A stretch of 62,509 nucleotides of DNA, filler included, from Sphacelaria rigidula (lineage: Eukaryota): the NCBI GenBank assembly GCA_964200075.2. It is 11 parts of 11 records of this genome, joined end to end, with 100 filler letters (N's around TTAATTAATTAA, not from the genome) between each part and the next. Parts side by side here need not be neighbours in the genome. Positions count along the whole stretch, not along the records: positions 56,919 to 62,509 come from CAXNAA020026041.1; 10 more parts are not named here. One strand, written 5' to 3'. The notes beneath the pieces are model-generated. The model was not told the DNA's origin, did not search any database, and saw nothing but the letters and a program-made list of their open reading frames with translations. The position numbers and the translations under genes were made by a program. Position 1 is the first letter of the stretch, and every line of letters begins with the position of its first letter. This document shows positions 62,317 to 62,509 of this stretch, piece after piece.

Positions 62317-62509
62317 CAGTGTCCACAAAAACACGCAACCGTTAAAGTGGCTACTTTGTGCAGGTGCACTTATTGCGTTAGTGCTGTTGAGCATTACTAC
62401 GGTAGCGGGAGTGACCCTTCAATGGGTAATCTTCGGGTGTGTGTGTGTGTTGTCGTCCCATTTATTCTGGGCACCAGTCTACATCTTTCGGTGTATGTGG
62501 GTGCATCAG

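Overview
This window is not one locus. It is 11 unrelated short contigs (eight of 5592 bp, three of 5591 bp) joined by artificial 100-nt spacers (N44-TTAATTAATTAA-N44), so no synteny can be inferred across spacers. The DNA is eukaryotic, intron-rich and repeat-rich. GT-AG spliced exons, a bipartite 'ARAFAP' plastid presequence and the repeat families point to a stramenopile, most likely a brown alga. Recognisable host genes: a small spliced HSF-type transcription factor (minus, 1925-3798), two exons of a DEAH-box RNA helicase HA2 domain (minus, 8574-11045), a Tudor-like exon spliced to a 2.7-kb low-complexity exon (minus, 40865-44117), and exon 1 of a plastid-targeted zeaxanthin-epoxidase-like FAD monooxygenase (plus, 46459-46899). 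The rest is mostly decayed mobile DNA: a DIRS/Ngaro-like retrotransposon, an RTE-clade LINE, LTR-element gag remnants with an LTR candidate, a probable hAT transposase relic, tRNA-derived SINEs, a recurrent retroposon 3' end, several MITE families and a ~1.15-kb foldback palindrome. I found no CRISPR array, rRNA, genuine tRNA gene or convincing novel multi-gene system. The best second-look items are the long foldback, the minimal HSF, the cargo-bearing inverted-repeat element, the conserved retroposon 3' motif and the nested insertions.
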